A stretch of DNA of 64,000 nucleotides from Burkholderiaceae bacterium (lineage in GTDB: Bacteria > Pseudomonadota > Gammaproteobacteria > Burkholderiales > Burkholderiaceae_C): positions 6,648 to 70,647 of the forward strand of contig JBDTMH010000001.1 in NCBI GenBank assembly GCA_039934375.1. Reading direction: 5' to 3'. Below the pieces are notes generated by a model, which did not search any database, had not been told where the DNA came from, and was given only the letters and a program-made list of their open reading frames with translations. This document shows, piece after piece, positions 30,049 through 40,725 of the stretch. Position 1 is the stretch's first letter. Every line of letters starts with the position of its first letter. Position numbers and translations under genes: made by a program.

Positions 30049-30195
30049 GGCGTGTGCTCTTTTCGGTTGCCGGGGGAGACCCCGAGTGTTACAGAAATGC
30101 CGATTGCGGGTCGGTCGCGCACTTGGATTTCGCGCTGTCATCCCCAGGTCCTAGAATGGCTCGGCACTTTCCAGCTACAGTTACCAATCAAACGC

Positions 30196-31473
30196 ATGGT
30201 CCCACACCTCGTCACAGCGCTCACCGGCCCGATCAATGAACTGGAACAGCGCGTGCTGGATTCCATGCCGGCGATCGAGCGCTGGTTCCGGCTCGAATGG
30301 ATGGAGCACACGCCGCCGTTCTATTGTTCGGTCGACATCCGCAATGCAGGCTTCAAACTCGCCCCGGTGGACACCAATCTGTATCCCAGCGGCTGGCAGA
30401 ACCTGACCCCGGCCATGATGCCGCTGGCGGTGCAGGCGGCCATGGCAGCGATCGAGAAGATCTGTCCCGAGGCGCGCAATCTGCTGATCATTCCCGAGAA
30501 CGCGACCAAGGACAGCTTCTACCTGGCAGGCGTGGCGCAGTTGCAGCGCGTCTTTCACATGGCCGGCATGAACGTGCGCGTGGGTTCGATCAACCCCGAG
30601 ATCAAGAAGGTCACCACCATCGAGCTGCCGACTGGTGAGAAGGTGCGCCTGGAGCCGGTGATCCGGACCAAGCGTCGGCTCGGGGTGAAGGATTTCGACC
30701 CCTGCACCATTTTGCTCAACAACGACCTGAGCGCCGGTGTGCCCGGCATCCTGGAGGAGATCCACGAACAATACCTGTTGCCGCCACTGCATGCGGGCTG
30801 GTTCACGCGCCGCAAGAGCCGCCATTCGCAAAGCTACGAAGAGGTCTCCAAGCGTTTTGGCAAATTGCTTGGCGTCGACCCGTGGCTGATCAACCCGATG
30901 TTCAACAAGTGTGGCGAAGTCGACTTGTCGAATGACGCCGGCATGGAATGCCTGACGACCAATGTCGACGCCTTGCTGACCAAGATCCGGCGCAAGTACA
31001 AGGAATACGGCATCAACGAGAAGCCGTTCGTGGTCATCAAGGCCGACAACAGCAGTAGCGGTTTCGGTATCACCACGGTGCGCGACGTCAAGGATCTGGC
31101 GCGGCTGCGCGGCGAGTCCAGGCCCAAGCCGCTGGCGCCACTTGAAGTGATCGTGCAGGAGGGCGTGCTGACCAACGAGCGCATGAACGATGCGATGGCC
31201 GAGCCGGTGGTCTACATGGTCGACCGTTACGTGGTGGGTGGCTTTTATCGCGTGCATGCCGGCCGCGGCAGTGACGAGAACCTGAATGCGCCAGGATCCA
31301 GCTATGTGCCGTTGGCGTTCGCTGAGAGTACGCACTTGCCCCAGCCTGGCGCACGTGCCGGCGCCAGTGCGCCGAACCGGTTCTACATGTACGGCGTGAT
31401 TGGCAGGCTTGCCATGCTGGCAGCCAGTTATGAACTCGAGGCAACGGATCCGGACGCAGAGATCTACGACTGA
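30196..31473 (+). CDS. gshA: Glutamate--cysteine ligase (betaproteobacterial type)
   Basis: MVPHLVTAL..., PPFYCSVDIRNAGFKLAPVDTNL, LLNNDLS, VQEGV, NRFYMYG. Confidence 0.93.
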   Translation: MVPHLVTALTGPINELEQRVLDSMPAIERWFRLEWMEHTPPFYCSVDIRNAGFKLAPVDTNLYPSGWQNLTPAMMPLAVQAAMAAIEKICPEARNLLIIPENATKDSFYLAGVAQLQRVFHMAGMNVRVGSINPEIKKVTTIELPTGEKVRLEPVIRTKRRLGVKDFDPCTILLNNDLSAGVPGILEEIHEQYLLPPLHAGWFTRRKSRHSQSYEEVSKRFGKLLGVDPWLINPMFNKCGEVDLSNDAGMECLTTNVDALLTKIRRKYKEYGINEKPFVVIKADNSSSGFGITTVRDVKDLARLRGESRPKPLAPLEVIVQEGVLTNERMNDAMAEPVVYMVDRYVVGGFYRVHAGRGSDENLNAPGSSYVPLAFAESTHLPQPGARAGASAPNRFYMYGVIGRLAMLAASYELEATDPDAEIYD

Positions 31474-31620
31474 CCCGGCGCAGTTGTTGCGCCGCAACAT
31501 AACAGGTGAATTCTGACGCTTTAGAGTCGCTTGTTCGCGGACGCGCTGCATCCGCAGGCGCACAATGGCGGCCTTGATTTGATTCAAATCCGGCAGTTCC
31601 TGACCGCCGGGCCCTTTTTT

Positions 31621-33489
31621 TTGTCCACTTCCAAATCCTCCCTCGCCGCTCTGACGGTTGGCGCGGTCGGTGTCGTCTACGGCGACATCGGCACCAGCGT
31701 GCTGTATGCGATGAAGGAGGTATTCAACTCCGGACACGTCCCGTTCACGCCCGAGAACGTCTACGGCATCCTGTCGATCTTCTTCTGGACGCTGACCATC
31801 ATCGTTTCGATCAAGTATGTGGTGCTGGTGCTGCGCGCCGACAACAACGGCGAAGGCGGCCTGGTGGCCATGCTGGCGCTGGCGTCGCAAGCGGTCAAGG
31901 GCAGTCCGCGGCTGCGCGCCGTGTTGCTGACAGTGGGTATTTTCGGCACAGCGCTGTTTTACGGCGATGGCGTGATCACGCCGGCGATCTCGGTGTTGTC
32001 GGCGGTCGAGGGCCTGGAGGTGGTGTCGCCGGCGTTCAAAACCTATGTGATTCCGCTGACGCTGGTGATCCTGTTCGTGCTGTTTGCAGTGCAAAAGCGC
32101 GGCACCGGCGGTATTGGCAAGTTCTTCGGGCCGATCACGCTGGTGTGGTTTGCCATCATCTCGATCCTGGGCGTGATGCATATCTGGCACGACCCGGCGA
32201 TCCTGTTCGCGATCAGCCCGCATTACGCACTTGGCTTCATCATCGACAACCCGCTGGTTACCTTCATCATCCTGGGCGCCGTGGTGCTGTGCGTCACTGG
32301 CGCCGAGGCCTTGTATGCCGACCTGGGGCATTTCGGCAAGAAGCCGATACGACTGGCCTGGTTCTCGATTGTCATGCCGGCACTGACGTTGAACTACTTC
32401 GGCCAGGGGGCCTTGTTGCTGCGCTACCCCGAAACGGTGAAGAATCCATTCTTCCTGATGGCGCCTGACTGGGCGCTGATTCCGATGGTCGTGCTGGCCA
32501 CAATGGCCACGGTGATCGCCTCGCAGGCCTTGATCACCGGGGCATTCAGCGTGACCAAGCAGGTGATTCAACTGGGATACCTGCCGCGCCTGGATGTGCA
32601 GCACACCAGCGTGCGCGACACCGGGCAGATCTACATGCCGCTGGTTAACTGGGGCCTGTTCGCGACCATCGTGCTGGCGGTGGTGCTGTTCCGTTCGTCG
32701 AGCAATCTGGCCTCGGCCTACGGCATCGCCGTAACGACCGACATGCTGATCACGACCATCCTGACCTTCTACGTGATCCGCTACAAATGGAACTACCCGC
32801 TGCTGTTGTGCGTGGCATCCACCAGCGTGTTCTTCGTGGTCGACTTCACATTCTTTGCGTCCAACCTGATGAAGCTGCTCGAAGGCGGCTGGTTTCCGCT
32901 ACTCATCGGCGGCACGGTATTCACGCTGATGATCACGTGGAAAGAAGGCCGGCGCCTGCTCAACGAGGCGCTGCGCGCAGATGCCATCGACCTGACGGAT
33001 TTTCTCACCGCGGTGTTCATCAGCCCGCCGACACGCGTGTCGGGAACCGCCGTATTTCTGACCGCTGATATCGGCACCGTGCCCAACGCGATGCTGCACA
33101 ACCTCAAGCACAACAAGGTGTTGCATGAGAACAACCTGTTCGTGACGGTGCGCACGCACGAGGTGCCATGGATCGGGATGGACAAACGTATCGAGATCGA
33201 ATCGCTGGGCCGCAACTGCTGGCAGGTGGTCGTTCACTACGGCTTCAAGAACGACCCAGACCTGCCCAGGGCCTTGCAGCAGATGCGCGGGCGCGGCTGC
33301 GAACTCGACCCGATGACGACCAGCTACTTCCTGTCGCGTGACACCGTGGTGCCGACCATCGGCAGTGGCATGGCTCAGTGGCGCGAGAAACTGTTCGCCC
33401 AGATGCATCGCAACGCTGGCGCTGCGGCCGACTTCCTGAACCTGCCGAGCAACGCGGTGGTGGAACTGGGCTCCAAGGTCGAGATCTGA
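31621..33489 (+). CDS. kup: KUP/HAK/KT potassium transporter
   Basis: [42 protein letters not shown]. Confidence 0.96.
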   Translation: MSTSKSSLAALTVGAVGVVYGDIGTSVLYAMKEVFNSGHVPFTPENVYGILSIFFWTLTIIVSIKYVVLVLRADNNGEGGLVAMLALASQAVKGSPRLRAVLLTVGIFGTALFYGDGVITPAISVLSAVEGLEVVSPAFKTYVIPLTLVILFVLFAVQKRGTGGIGKFFGPITLVWFAIISILGVMHIWHDPAILFAISPHYALGFIIDNPLVTFIILGAVVLCVTGAEALYADLGHFGKKPIRLAWFSIVMPALTLNYFGQGALLLRYPETVKNPFFLMAPDWALIPMVVLATMATVIASQALITGAFSVTKQVIQLGYLPRLDVQHTSVRDTGQIYMPLVNWGLFATIVLAVVLFRSSSNLASAYGIAVTTDMLITTILTFYVIRYKWNYPLLLCVASTSVFFVVDFTFFASNLMKLLEGGWFPLLIGGTVFTLMITWKEGRRLLNEALRADAIDLTDFLTAVFISPPTRVSGTAVFLTADIGTVPNAMLHNLKHNKVLHENNLFVTVRTHEVPWIGMDKRIEIESLGRNCWQVVVHYGFKNDPDLPRALQQMRGRGCELDPMTTSYFLSRDTVVPTIGSGMAQWREKLFAQMHRNAGAAADFLNLPSNAVVELGSKVEI

Positions 33490-33587
33490 AATTTTTCGCT
33501 GTCACTGAGGTGCCACTTATCAAAGGGCCTGCGACAGGGTAGAGTGCGGGGCATCGCCCAAGGCAGTGGAAAACGACGAGGCCAGAC

Positions 33588-34172
33588 ATGCACAAGCGCG
33601 ATTTCCTGACCCGGTCAGCCGTGCTCGGCCTGCTACCCGTGGGATCCGCCCGGTCGGCCGCGACGGACGCGGCGGGCCCGGTACTGCTGACCGTCAGCGG
33701 TGATGTCGGCAAGGTCAACCGGGGGCCGCTGGATCCGGTGCTCGACCAGATGATGGCAAAACACGGCATCACGTTTCAGAAGGCGTTCTGCTTTGATGCG
33801 CCCGCCTTGCGCCGACTGCCATCCGTCACCATCGGTCCGACGCTCGAATACGATGCCAAGATCCACGCGCTTGCTGGTCCGACACTCGAGTCCGTGCTGC
33901 ATGCGGCTGGCGTGGGCCCGGGCGCCGCGGTGCAACTCGGATTGCGGGCCGTCGACGGGTACAACGTCATCGTCAGCCAGCAGGATGCGCGCAGTTACCG
34001 CATGATCATCGCGACCCACATCGACGGTCAGCCGCTGGCGCTCGGAGGGCTGGGCCCGCAATGGGCGGTCTATGATGCCGACCGCCTGTCCGCCTTCAAG
34101 GACAAGCCGCTGAAGGAGCGCTTCGGTCTGTGCCCCTGGGGTCTGTACCACATCGGCGTGCGGGCGGCCTGA
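33588..34172 (+). CDS. Exported protein, oxidoreductase molybdopterin-binding domain-like
   Basis: Tat-like KRDFL leader; PVLLTVSG, RAVDGY, LGPQWAVY pattern. Confidence 0.65.
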   Translation: MHKRDFLTRSAVLGLLPVGSARSAATDAAGPVLLTVSGDVGKVNRGPLDPVLDQMMAKHGITFQKAFCFDAPALRRLPSVTIGPTLEYDAKIHALAGPTLESVLHAAGVGPGAAVQLGLRAVDGYNVIVSQQDARSYRMIIATHIDGQPLALGGLGPQWAVYDADRLSAFKDKPLKERFGLCPWGLYHIGVRAA

Positions 34173-34201
34173 GCGCTGGGAACTCTGCGGCAAAATGCCG
34201 C

Positions 34202-35392
34202 ATGCGATTTTTCCGCGATCTCAATGTGTCGGCGTTCACCGCCGGTTTTGTCGCCGTGCTGGTTGGCTTTACCAGTTCGGTGGCCATCGTGTTCCAGGCG
34301 GCACTGGCGTTCGGCGCGACGCCGGCCGAAGTCGCGTCGTGGATGTGGGCGCTGGGGCTGGGCATGGGTCTGTGCTCCGCCGTGCCTTCTTATCTCTGGC
34401 GCAAGCCCGTCATGGTGGCCTGGTCCACCCCCGGCGCGGCGGTACTGGCCACGGCCGGGGCTGCCGGCGGCTATACCATGCCCGATGCGATCGGTGCCTT
34501 CATGGTTTGCGCTGCACTGATCATCCTGTTTGGTGTCACCGGCTGGTTTGAGCGGGTGATGAACCGCATTCCGATGGCGATTGCCTCGGCGCTGCTGGCT
34601 GGCGTGCTGACCCGGTTCGGCCTGCAGGCCTTCGTGGCCGCCCAGACCGCGCTGGGCCTGGTGTTGCTGATGCTGGCAAGCTATCTGGTCGGGCGCCGCG
34701 TCGCACCCCGTTTTGCAGTGGTGCTGACCTTGGTGCTGTCCATCGTCTATGTCGTGGCTCGGGGAGAAATGGCACCTGCCGCCATCACGGCGGCTCTGGC
34801 CATGCCGGTGTTCGTGATGCCGCAGTTCAGCCTTGGCGCAGCCATGAGCCTGGCGATTCCACTGTTCGTCGTGACCATGGCCTCGCAAAATCTGCCTGGC
34901 GTCGCGGCCATCCAGGCGGCCGGCTACGGCGGGCCGCACGGCATACCGGTGTCCAGGGTGATCACGCTGACCGGCATCGTGACCTTGCTGCTGGCACCGT
35001 TCGGTGCCTTTGCGCTGAACCTCAGCGCGATCACGGCCGCGATCTGCATGGGACCCGAAGCGCACGAACAGCCGACCAAGCGCTATACCGCCGCAGTTTC
35101 TTGCGGCGCCCTGTACGTGCTGATCGGGCTCTTCGGTGCGGCGGTCACCGGGGTGCTGACGGCGTTTCCCAAGGAGCTGGTGGCGGCCATCGCCGGGCTG
35201 GCCCTGCTGGGCACGATCGGCAATTCGCTGGCGATGTCGTTGCAGGACGAGCGCCACCGCGAGGCCGCCTTGATCACCTTCCTGGTGACGCTCAGCGGCG
35301 TCACGCTGGCCGGCGTGGGCTCCGCATTCTGGGGCGTGGTGGCCGGCAGCCTGGCCATGCTGGCGCAACATTACCGGCGGCGAGTGACTTGA
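34202..35392 (+). CDS. BenE family benzoate/H+ symporter-like transporter
   Basis: AWSTPGAA, TMASQNLPG, NLSAITAAIC, REAALITFLVT. Confidence 0.9.
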   Translation: MRFFRDLNVSAFTAGFVAVLVGFTSSVAIVFQAALAFGATPAEVASWMWALGLGMGLCSAVPSYLWRKPVMVAWSTPGAAVLATAGAAGGYTMPDAIGAFMVCAALIILFGVTGWFERVMNRIPMAIASALLAGVLTRFGLQAFVAAQTALGLVLLMLASYLVGRRVAPRFAVVLTLVLSIVYVVARGEMAPAAITAALAMPVFVMPQFSLGAAMSLAIPLFVVTMASQNLPGVAAIQAAGYGGPHGIPVSRVITLTGIVTLLLAPFGAFALNLSAITAAICMGPEAHEQPTKRYTAAVSCGALYVLIGLFGAAVTGVLTAFPKELVAAIAGLALLGTIGNSLAMSLQDERHREAALITFLVTLSGVTLAGVGSAFWGVVAGSLAMLAQHYRRRVT

Positions 35393-35546
35393 GTCTGGCG
35401 CTGCCCTCAATCCGGCGGGCCCAGGCCGCAGCCGGCAGACCTTTGCCAGGCTCGGCACAATAGCGGCATTCCGACCCTTGACTTCGGCTTGCCGCGAATT
35501 TGCCCGCAGCCGCAACGATCAACCGGGCTTCCCGGCCCCAGCCATC

Positions 35547-36509
35547 ATGCATATACTTTTCGTTGCCGACCCGCTTGAAACCTTCAAGATCTACAAGGAC
35601 ACCAGCTTCGCCATGATGCGTGAGGTGCAGCGCCGCGGCCACACGCTGTCGGCCTGCGAGGTGACCGATATTTCCTGGACCAGCGGTGGTCGGGTGCGTG
35701 CTGGCGTGCGCGACATCGTACTCACCGGTGACCCACTGCACTGGTTCGATGCCGGCGCCACCGGCCTGGACCGCCGTCCCTGCGAGCTGGCAGACTTCGG
35801 CGCAATCGTCATGCGCAAGGACCCGCCGTTCGACTCCGAGTACTTCTACGCCACCCATTTGCTCGAGCAGGCCGAACGCGAAGGTGCCCGGGTGTTCAAC
35901 AAGCCGCGCAGCCTGCGCGACCATCCGGAAAAGCTGGCGGTCATGGAGTTCCCGCAGTTCACCGGCCCGACGCTGGTCACGCGCAACGCGCAGCAGGTGC
36001 GCCAGTTCCATGCCGAACACCGCGACATCATTCTCAAGCCGCTTGACGGTATGGGCGGCACCGGCATCTTCCGGGTGCGCGACGACGGCATGAACCTGGG
36101 CGCTATCATCGAGACGCTCAACCAGGGCGGCGCGCAGTCGCTGATGGTGCAGAAGTACCTGCCCGAGATCGTCGCCGGCGACAAGCGGGTGCTGCTGATC
36201 GGTGGCAAGCCGGTGCCGTTTTCGCTGGCACGGATTCCGCAGGGCAACGAGATCCGCGGCAACCTCGCGGTCGGTGGCAAAGGTGTTGCGCAGCCGCTGT
36301 CCAAACGCGACCGTGAGATTGCCGAGGCACTGGGCCCGGTGCTGGCGGCGCGGGGCCTTTTGCTGGTGGGCGTGGACGTGATCGGCGACTACGTCACCGA
36401 GATCAACGTGACCAGCCCGACCTGCTTTCAGGAAATCCACGACCAGGCCGGTTTCGATGTGGCGGCGATGTTCGTCGACGCGCTGGAGGCGGCGCTGAAC
36501 GCAAGCTGA
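35547..36509 (+). CDS. gshB: Glutathione synthetase
   Basis: KDTSFAMM, MRKDPPFD, KPLDGMGG, RGNLAVGG, EINVTSPT. Confidence 0.96.
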   Translation: MHILFVADPLETFKIYKDTSFAMMREVQRRGHTLSACEVTDISWTSGGRVRAGVRDIVLTGDPLHWFDAGATGLDRRPCELADFGAIVMRKDPPFDSEYFYATHLLEQAEREGARVFNKPRSLRDHPEKLAVMEFPQFTGPTLVTRNAQQVRQFHAEHRDIILKPLDGMGGTGIFRVRDDGMNLGAIIETLNQGGAQSLMVQKYLPEIVAGDKRVLLIGGKPVPFSLARIPQGNEIRGNLAVGGKGVAQPLSKRDREIAEALGPVLAARGLLLVGVDVIGDYVTEINVTSPTCFQEIHDQAGFDVAAMFVDALEAALNAS

Positions 36510-36548
36510 GGCCTGCTGCGCTCGCTCAGGCGATTGCCACTCACGCGC

Positions 36549-37364
36549 TCAGCAGGTGGCGGGAACCCGCAGCGCCGCGGCACCGGGTTGCCGGCAACCC
36601 TCGACGAAGGTGACGAACTCGCCCGGTTGCAGCGCGATCCAGTCCTCGTTGGTGGTCAGGGGTTCGGTGACGACTATCGCCAGCCGGTCATCCGGGCCGT
36701 TGTGCTCGGACAGGTCCATCTTGAAGTCGTCGTCGCGCAGGTGGACCTCGGTGAACGGGTACTGGCGCACCAGGTAGTGCAGCTTGGTGCTGGCATGGGC
36801 CCACAGCGCCTGGCCATTGCTCAGCAGGAAATTGAAGGTGCCATGGGCGGCGATCTGCGGCACCAGTTCCTGCAGTGTGAGGCTCAGTTCGGCGACGCTG
36901 GGAACGCCGGCATGGGATTTGACGATTTCCTGCATCAGCCAGCAAAACGCCAGTTCGCTGTCGGTGTCGCCGACCGGGCGGAAATTGCCGTGCAGGGTCG
37001 GTGCGTAGCCCTTGAGGTCGCCATTGTGGGCGAACACCCAATAGCGGCCCCACAGTTCTCGCACGAACGGGTGGGCATTCTCCAGCGTGATCGAGCCCAT
37101 CGTCGCCTTGCGCACATGGGCGATCACGTTGTGGCTCTTGATCGGGAAGCTGCGCAACATGAGCGCCAGCGGTGAGGTGGCAGCGCTTTCCTTGTCGACG
37201 AAGTGGCGGATGCCGCGCCCGGGTTTTTCACCCTCGCTCTCGAAGAACGCGATGCCCCAGCCGTCGGCATGGTGGTCGGTCACGCCGCCGCGGCGGGCGA
37301 ATCCGGTAAAACTCAGATTCAGGCTGGCCGGCAGGCGGCTGTTCATTCCAAGGAGTTGGCACAT
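36549..37364 (-). CDS. Class II glutamine amidotransferase (YafJ-like Ntn hydrolase)
   Basis: MCQLLGMN N-terminal Cys, HADGWG, FAHNG, TDSE. Confidence 0.92.
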   Translation of the reverse strand: MCQLLGMNSRLPASLNLSFTGFARRGGVTDHHADGWGIAFFESEGEKPGRGIRHFVDKESAATSPLALMLRSFPIKSHNVIAHVRKATMGSITLENAHPFVRELWGRYWVFAHNGDLKGYAPTLHGNFRPVGDTDSELAFCWLMQEIVKSHAGVPSVAELSLTLQELVPQIAAHGTFNFLLSNGQALWAHASTKLHYLVRQYPFTEVHLRDDDFKMDLSEHNGPDDRLAIVVTEPLTTNEDWIALQPGEFVTFVEGCRQPGAAALRVPATC

Positions 37365-37468
37365 GGCGCAGATGTCAGGGAAACGCCGGCTGCCCCTGCA
37401 ACCGGCATGACATGGGAGAAGTTTATCCCCCGACGTCGTGCCCGCAAGGAACAATTACCACAAAGTTG

Positions 37469-38956
37469 TTACGACGCGACGTCGGAAGGGTTTTTCGGCG
37501 GTTCGCGCAATTGCCAGGCCGCAAGCATCGCCAGCAGACACAACCCGGCGAGCATGATGAAGGATTCGTTGAATGCCGCCAGCCGCGCCGGACTGCTGGC
37601 CGTCGTCGCGAGCGCGTCGCCATGTGCCGCGAGCCGCCATTCGAGCACGATGCCGCACAGGCTGACGCCGGCCGAGCCGCCCAGCATGCGGGTGAAATTG
37701 ATGGTGCTCGCGCCCTGCGCGATCAGGTCCTTGTGCAGGCCGCGCATGGCACCCAGATTCAGCGAAGGCAGGATGAAGCCCAGACCGATACGCCCCAGCA
37801 CGGTAAATGCGATGACGTACCAGATCGGCGTGTGCAGGTGCACGACGAGAATCAGTGCGAATGACAAGGCCAGCAGGCCGAGGCCCAGGCTGACCAGGAT
37901 ATGGGTGGAATACCGGTCGGCCATGCGTCCGGCAATCGCAATCGTCACGGCCAGGGCCAGGCCCGAGGGCAGCAAAATACCGCCCACGTACGAGGCGGAG
38001 AGCTGCAGGCCCAACTGCATGTAGACCGGCAGCAGGTAGGTCGAGCCAAACAAGGCCATGCCATAGATGAACGCAACGATGCTGCCCAGGGCGAACCGGC
38101 GGTCGGCGAACAGCGCCTGGTTCACCAGTGGCGAGCCGGTCTCGCCGCGCGCCATTGCCAGACTCAGTCGGCGCTGGCGCAGCACGAACCAGGCGATGAT
38201 GGCGATCGCTCCGCCCAGCAAGGCAAAGGTTGTCACTGTCAGGCCCTGGTGCAGTTCGACCAGGCCATTGAGCAGGCAGAGCGTGCCCGCGCCGGCCAGC
38301 AGCAGGCTGGGCCAATCCATGTTAGGGGCATTGCGGCTGGCAATTGCGCCACCGGGCGCCGATGTCGGCACGTAACGTGCGGACATCCAGATCGAGGCCA
38401 GGCAGAACGGCACCACCATGAAGAAGATCGAACGCCAGCCGAACAGGTCGACCAGCACGCCACCGATGCTGGGGCCCAGCGCCGGAGCCAGCACCACGCC
38501 GGTGCCGAAGATGCCCATGGCGCGGCCTTGCTCGTGCGGCTGGAAGGCCCGCATGACGATGATGGCCGGTATCGGCTGCACTACGCCGGCGGCCAGTCCT
38601 TCGGCTACCCGTGCCGCCAGCACCAGTGGAAAGCTGGTGGCAAGTCCGCCCGCCACGCCGCCGAGCAGCAGCAGCCACATGGTGCCGGTATAGGTGCGCC
38701 GGTAGCCGAATCGTCCCAGCATCCACGGCGTGGTCAGCATCGAAACGGTCATGGCCATCATGAAGCCGGACGCCACCCACTGGGCGCGCTCCTGGCCAAT
38801 GGCGAAATGGTGGCTGAGGTCGGGCACCGCCACGTTGATGATGGTCGACGACATGATGGCCGCGACCGAGCCCACCATGACGGCGAACAGCAGCAGCCAG
38901 CGATAACGCTCGCCGTGTTGCGCCTGCAGCTGCGGCAGGGTGCTGGCACGCGTCAA
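37469..38956 (-). CDS. DHA2 (EmrB/QacA) family MFS efflux pump
   Basis: STIINVAVP, APALGPSIGG, GWRSIF; about 14 TM segments. Confidence 0.9.
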   Translation of the reverse strand: MTRASTLPQLQAQHGERYRWLLLFAVMVGSVAAIMSSTIINVAVPDLSHHFAIGQERAQWVASGFMMAMTVSMLTTPWMLGRFGYRRTYTGTMWLLLLGGVAGGLATSFPLVLAARVAEGLAAGVVQPIPAIIVMRAFQPHEQGRAMGIFGTGVVLAPALGPSIGGVLVDLFGWRSIFFMVVPFCLASIWMSARYVPTSAPGGAIASRNAPNMDWPSLLLAGAGTLCLLNGLVELHQGLTVTTFALLGGAIAIIAWFVLRQRRLSLAMARGETGSPLVNQALFADRRFALGSIVAFIYGMALFGSTYLLPVYMQLGLQLSASYVGGILLPSGLALAVTIAIAGRMADRYSTHILVSLGLGLLALSFALILVVHLHTPIWYVIAFTVLGRIGLGFILPSLNLGAMRGLHKDLIAQGASTINFTRMLGGSAGVSLCGIVLEWRLAAHGDALATTASSPARLAAFNESFIMLAGLCLLAMLAAWQLREPPKNPSDVAS

Positions 38957-39017
38957 GGGCCGCGCACCGGGTTGGTCTCAGGCAGTGCGCCGCGATAGCC
39001 GGCGGCGCGCCGGCCGG

Positions 39018-39209
39018 TCAGTTGCGCGGTTCGGACCACAGCTTTCCACCGGTGGACCAGTTCTCGCGTTTGACGTCGGTGATCAGGATGTCGACCGATT
39101 CCGGCGACCCGCCCAGCACTTCGACGGTGATGCGGGTGATTTCCTGCACCAGCTTCTTCTTCTGCTCGACGGTACGGCCTTCCATCATCTCGATGTGGTA
39201 GGTGGGCAT
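39018..39209 (-). CDS. 4-oxalocrotonate tautomerase family protein
   Basis: 63 aa, catalytic Pro1, GRTVEQKK, NWSTGG; AAGGAG RBS. Confidence 0.93.
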   Translation of the reverse strand: MPTYHIEMMEGRTVEQKKKLVQEITRITVEVLGGSPESVDILITDVKRENWSTGGKLWSEPRN

Positions 39210-39270
39210 GCAAACTCCTTGTCAGTGAATGGAAAAAATCGTGCGGTGTCGGCGCGCCCCGGCGACCTGC

Positions 39271-40458
39271 TCAAGCCGGCTCGACCGCCGGCACACCGGC
39301 CGGTTCATCCGGCAGCCACGCGACGATGAAGGCCGAGCAGCAGGCAATCGACGCCATGGCAAGCAGCAGGCTGCCGAAGCCGGCGGACTTCACCACTGGA
39401 CCCAGCGAATATACCGCCAGCGATGCGACACCGAAGGACACCGCCAGCCGTACGCCCGCGACGCGCGAGCGGTAGGCGTCGTCGACATAACGCACCACCA
39501 TGGCGTCAGTAAAGGGGATGGCTCCGAAGATCGTGATCATGAAACCGATCTGCAGCCAGAACAGCCACCAACCCTGGGCCTGCGCCGCGAGCAGGAACAT
39601 CGGGATCTGCAGCAGCACGATGGTCAAATACAGCCGTTTGATCGCGAACCGGTCGATCAAGCGACCGACGATGACCTGCGAAAACGACGCCACCGCGTAG
39701 ACCGCGGCCAGCATCATGCCCAGTTGCGCCGGGTCTTCGACGATGCCGGCAAAGCGTTCGCGCATCAGTTCGCCATTGCCGTTGGTCGTGAAGTTAAATA
39801 GCAGACTGCTGGTGACGGCGGCAAAGGTCATCACCGTGAGCAGCCGTGCCATCTGCGATTTTTCCAGGCCCACCTTGGCGCGGGTGGTGCGCCGGGCCGG
39901 CGACTCGGTTTCGGCCGGCGCCAGGCGCAGGAACAGGTAGCCGCAGAGCAGCGACAGCAGCCCGGGCAAAACGAAGGCTGCGCGCCAGCCCACATACTTG
40001 ACCATGAAGCCCGTCAGGATGGCCGCGAACGCGATGCCCATGTTGCCGGCCAGGCCGTTGACACCGATCGTCAGGCCCGGCCGCGTCGCATGCTGCAACA
40101 GCATCGGAATTCCCACCGGGTGGTAGATGGCCGAAAACAGGCCCAGCACCGACAAGGCGATCGCCATCTGCCAGGCGTTCTGCACCGTGGCGCACAGCAG
40201 CGCTGAGGCGCCCATGCCGAAAAAGAACACCAGCATCATGCTGCGCCGCCCCCACAAATCCCCGAGCCGGCCGGCCGGCACCGAGCCCAGGCCGAACATC
40301 AGGAAGGCGCCGGCGCTGTAAGGCATCAGGTCTTCCCATTGAGCGAACCCGAAATCTGCTGCGACACTGGCTACCGCGGTGGCGAAAATCAGCAGGAACA
40401 TGTGGTCCAGCGCATGGCCCAGGTTGAGCAGGAGTGAGGTGCTGCGTCGGAGCTGCAT
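39271..40458 (-). CDS. MFS transporter
   Basis: LGHALDH, GRLGDLWGRR, AIYHPVG, GRLIDRF. Confidence 0.88.
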   Translation of the reverse strand: MQLRRSTSLLLNLGHALDHMFLLIFATAVASVAADFGFAQWEDLMPYSAGAFLMFGLGSVPAGRLGDLWGRRSMMLVFFFGMGASALLCATVQNAWQMAIALSVLGLFSAIYHPVGIPMLLQHATRPGLTIGVNGLAGNMGIAFAAILTGFMVKYVGWRAAFVLPGLLSLLCGYLFLRLAPAETESPARRTTRAKVGLEKSQMARLLTVMTFAAVTSSLLFNFTTNGNGELMRERFAGIVEDPAQLGMMLAAVYAVASFSQVIVGRLIDRFAIKRLYLTIVLLQIPMFLLAAQAQGWWLFWLQIGFMITIFGAIPFTDAMVVRYVDDAYRSRVAGVRLAVSFGVASLAVYSLGPVVKSAGFGSLLLAMASIACCSAFIVAWLPDEPAGVPAVEPA

Positions 40459-40725
40459 GGTGACTTCAAGTGAGGCCGATGAAGCCGCTATTCTCTCCGA
40501 GAGCGCCTTGAAGATCTGCATTGACTTGGCAAGTGGCCAAGCGCACACTGGCAGCCGACGGTGCGACGCTCGGCTGTGTCGCCGCCAATTTGCCGATTGG
40601 ACTGGAATGGCTGCTTCGCGGCATGACTCAGACGGCGCAGGGTTGTCGTGCAGCCGAGGATGGGCGGGAAACGCGGTTGCTTGGGCGCCAGTCGCGGCGC
40701 GAATCCGTATGGTCGAGGCGATCGG

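Noticed and set aside
38953-39021. CTGA...TTGA in-phase spacer between the tautomerase and the DHA2 MFS, like the bridging mini-ORFs
   Set aside because: Needs a CTG start, there is no ATGA duplication, and the downstream TTG start is uncertain; compatible with chance.
40524-40576. Small inverted repeats (CTTGGC/GCCAAG, CAGCCGA/TCGGCTG); also GACTGCG/CGCAGTC at 51546-51574
   Set aside because: Single occurrences with 6-7 bp stems and no U-tract; expected by chance at this GC content.
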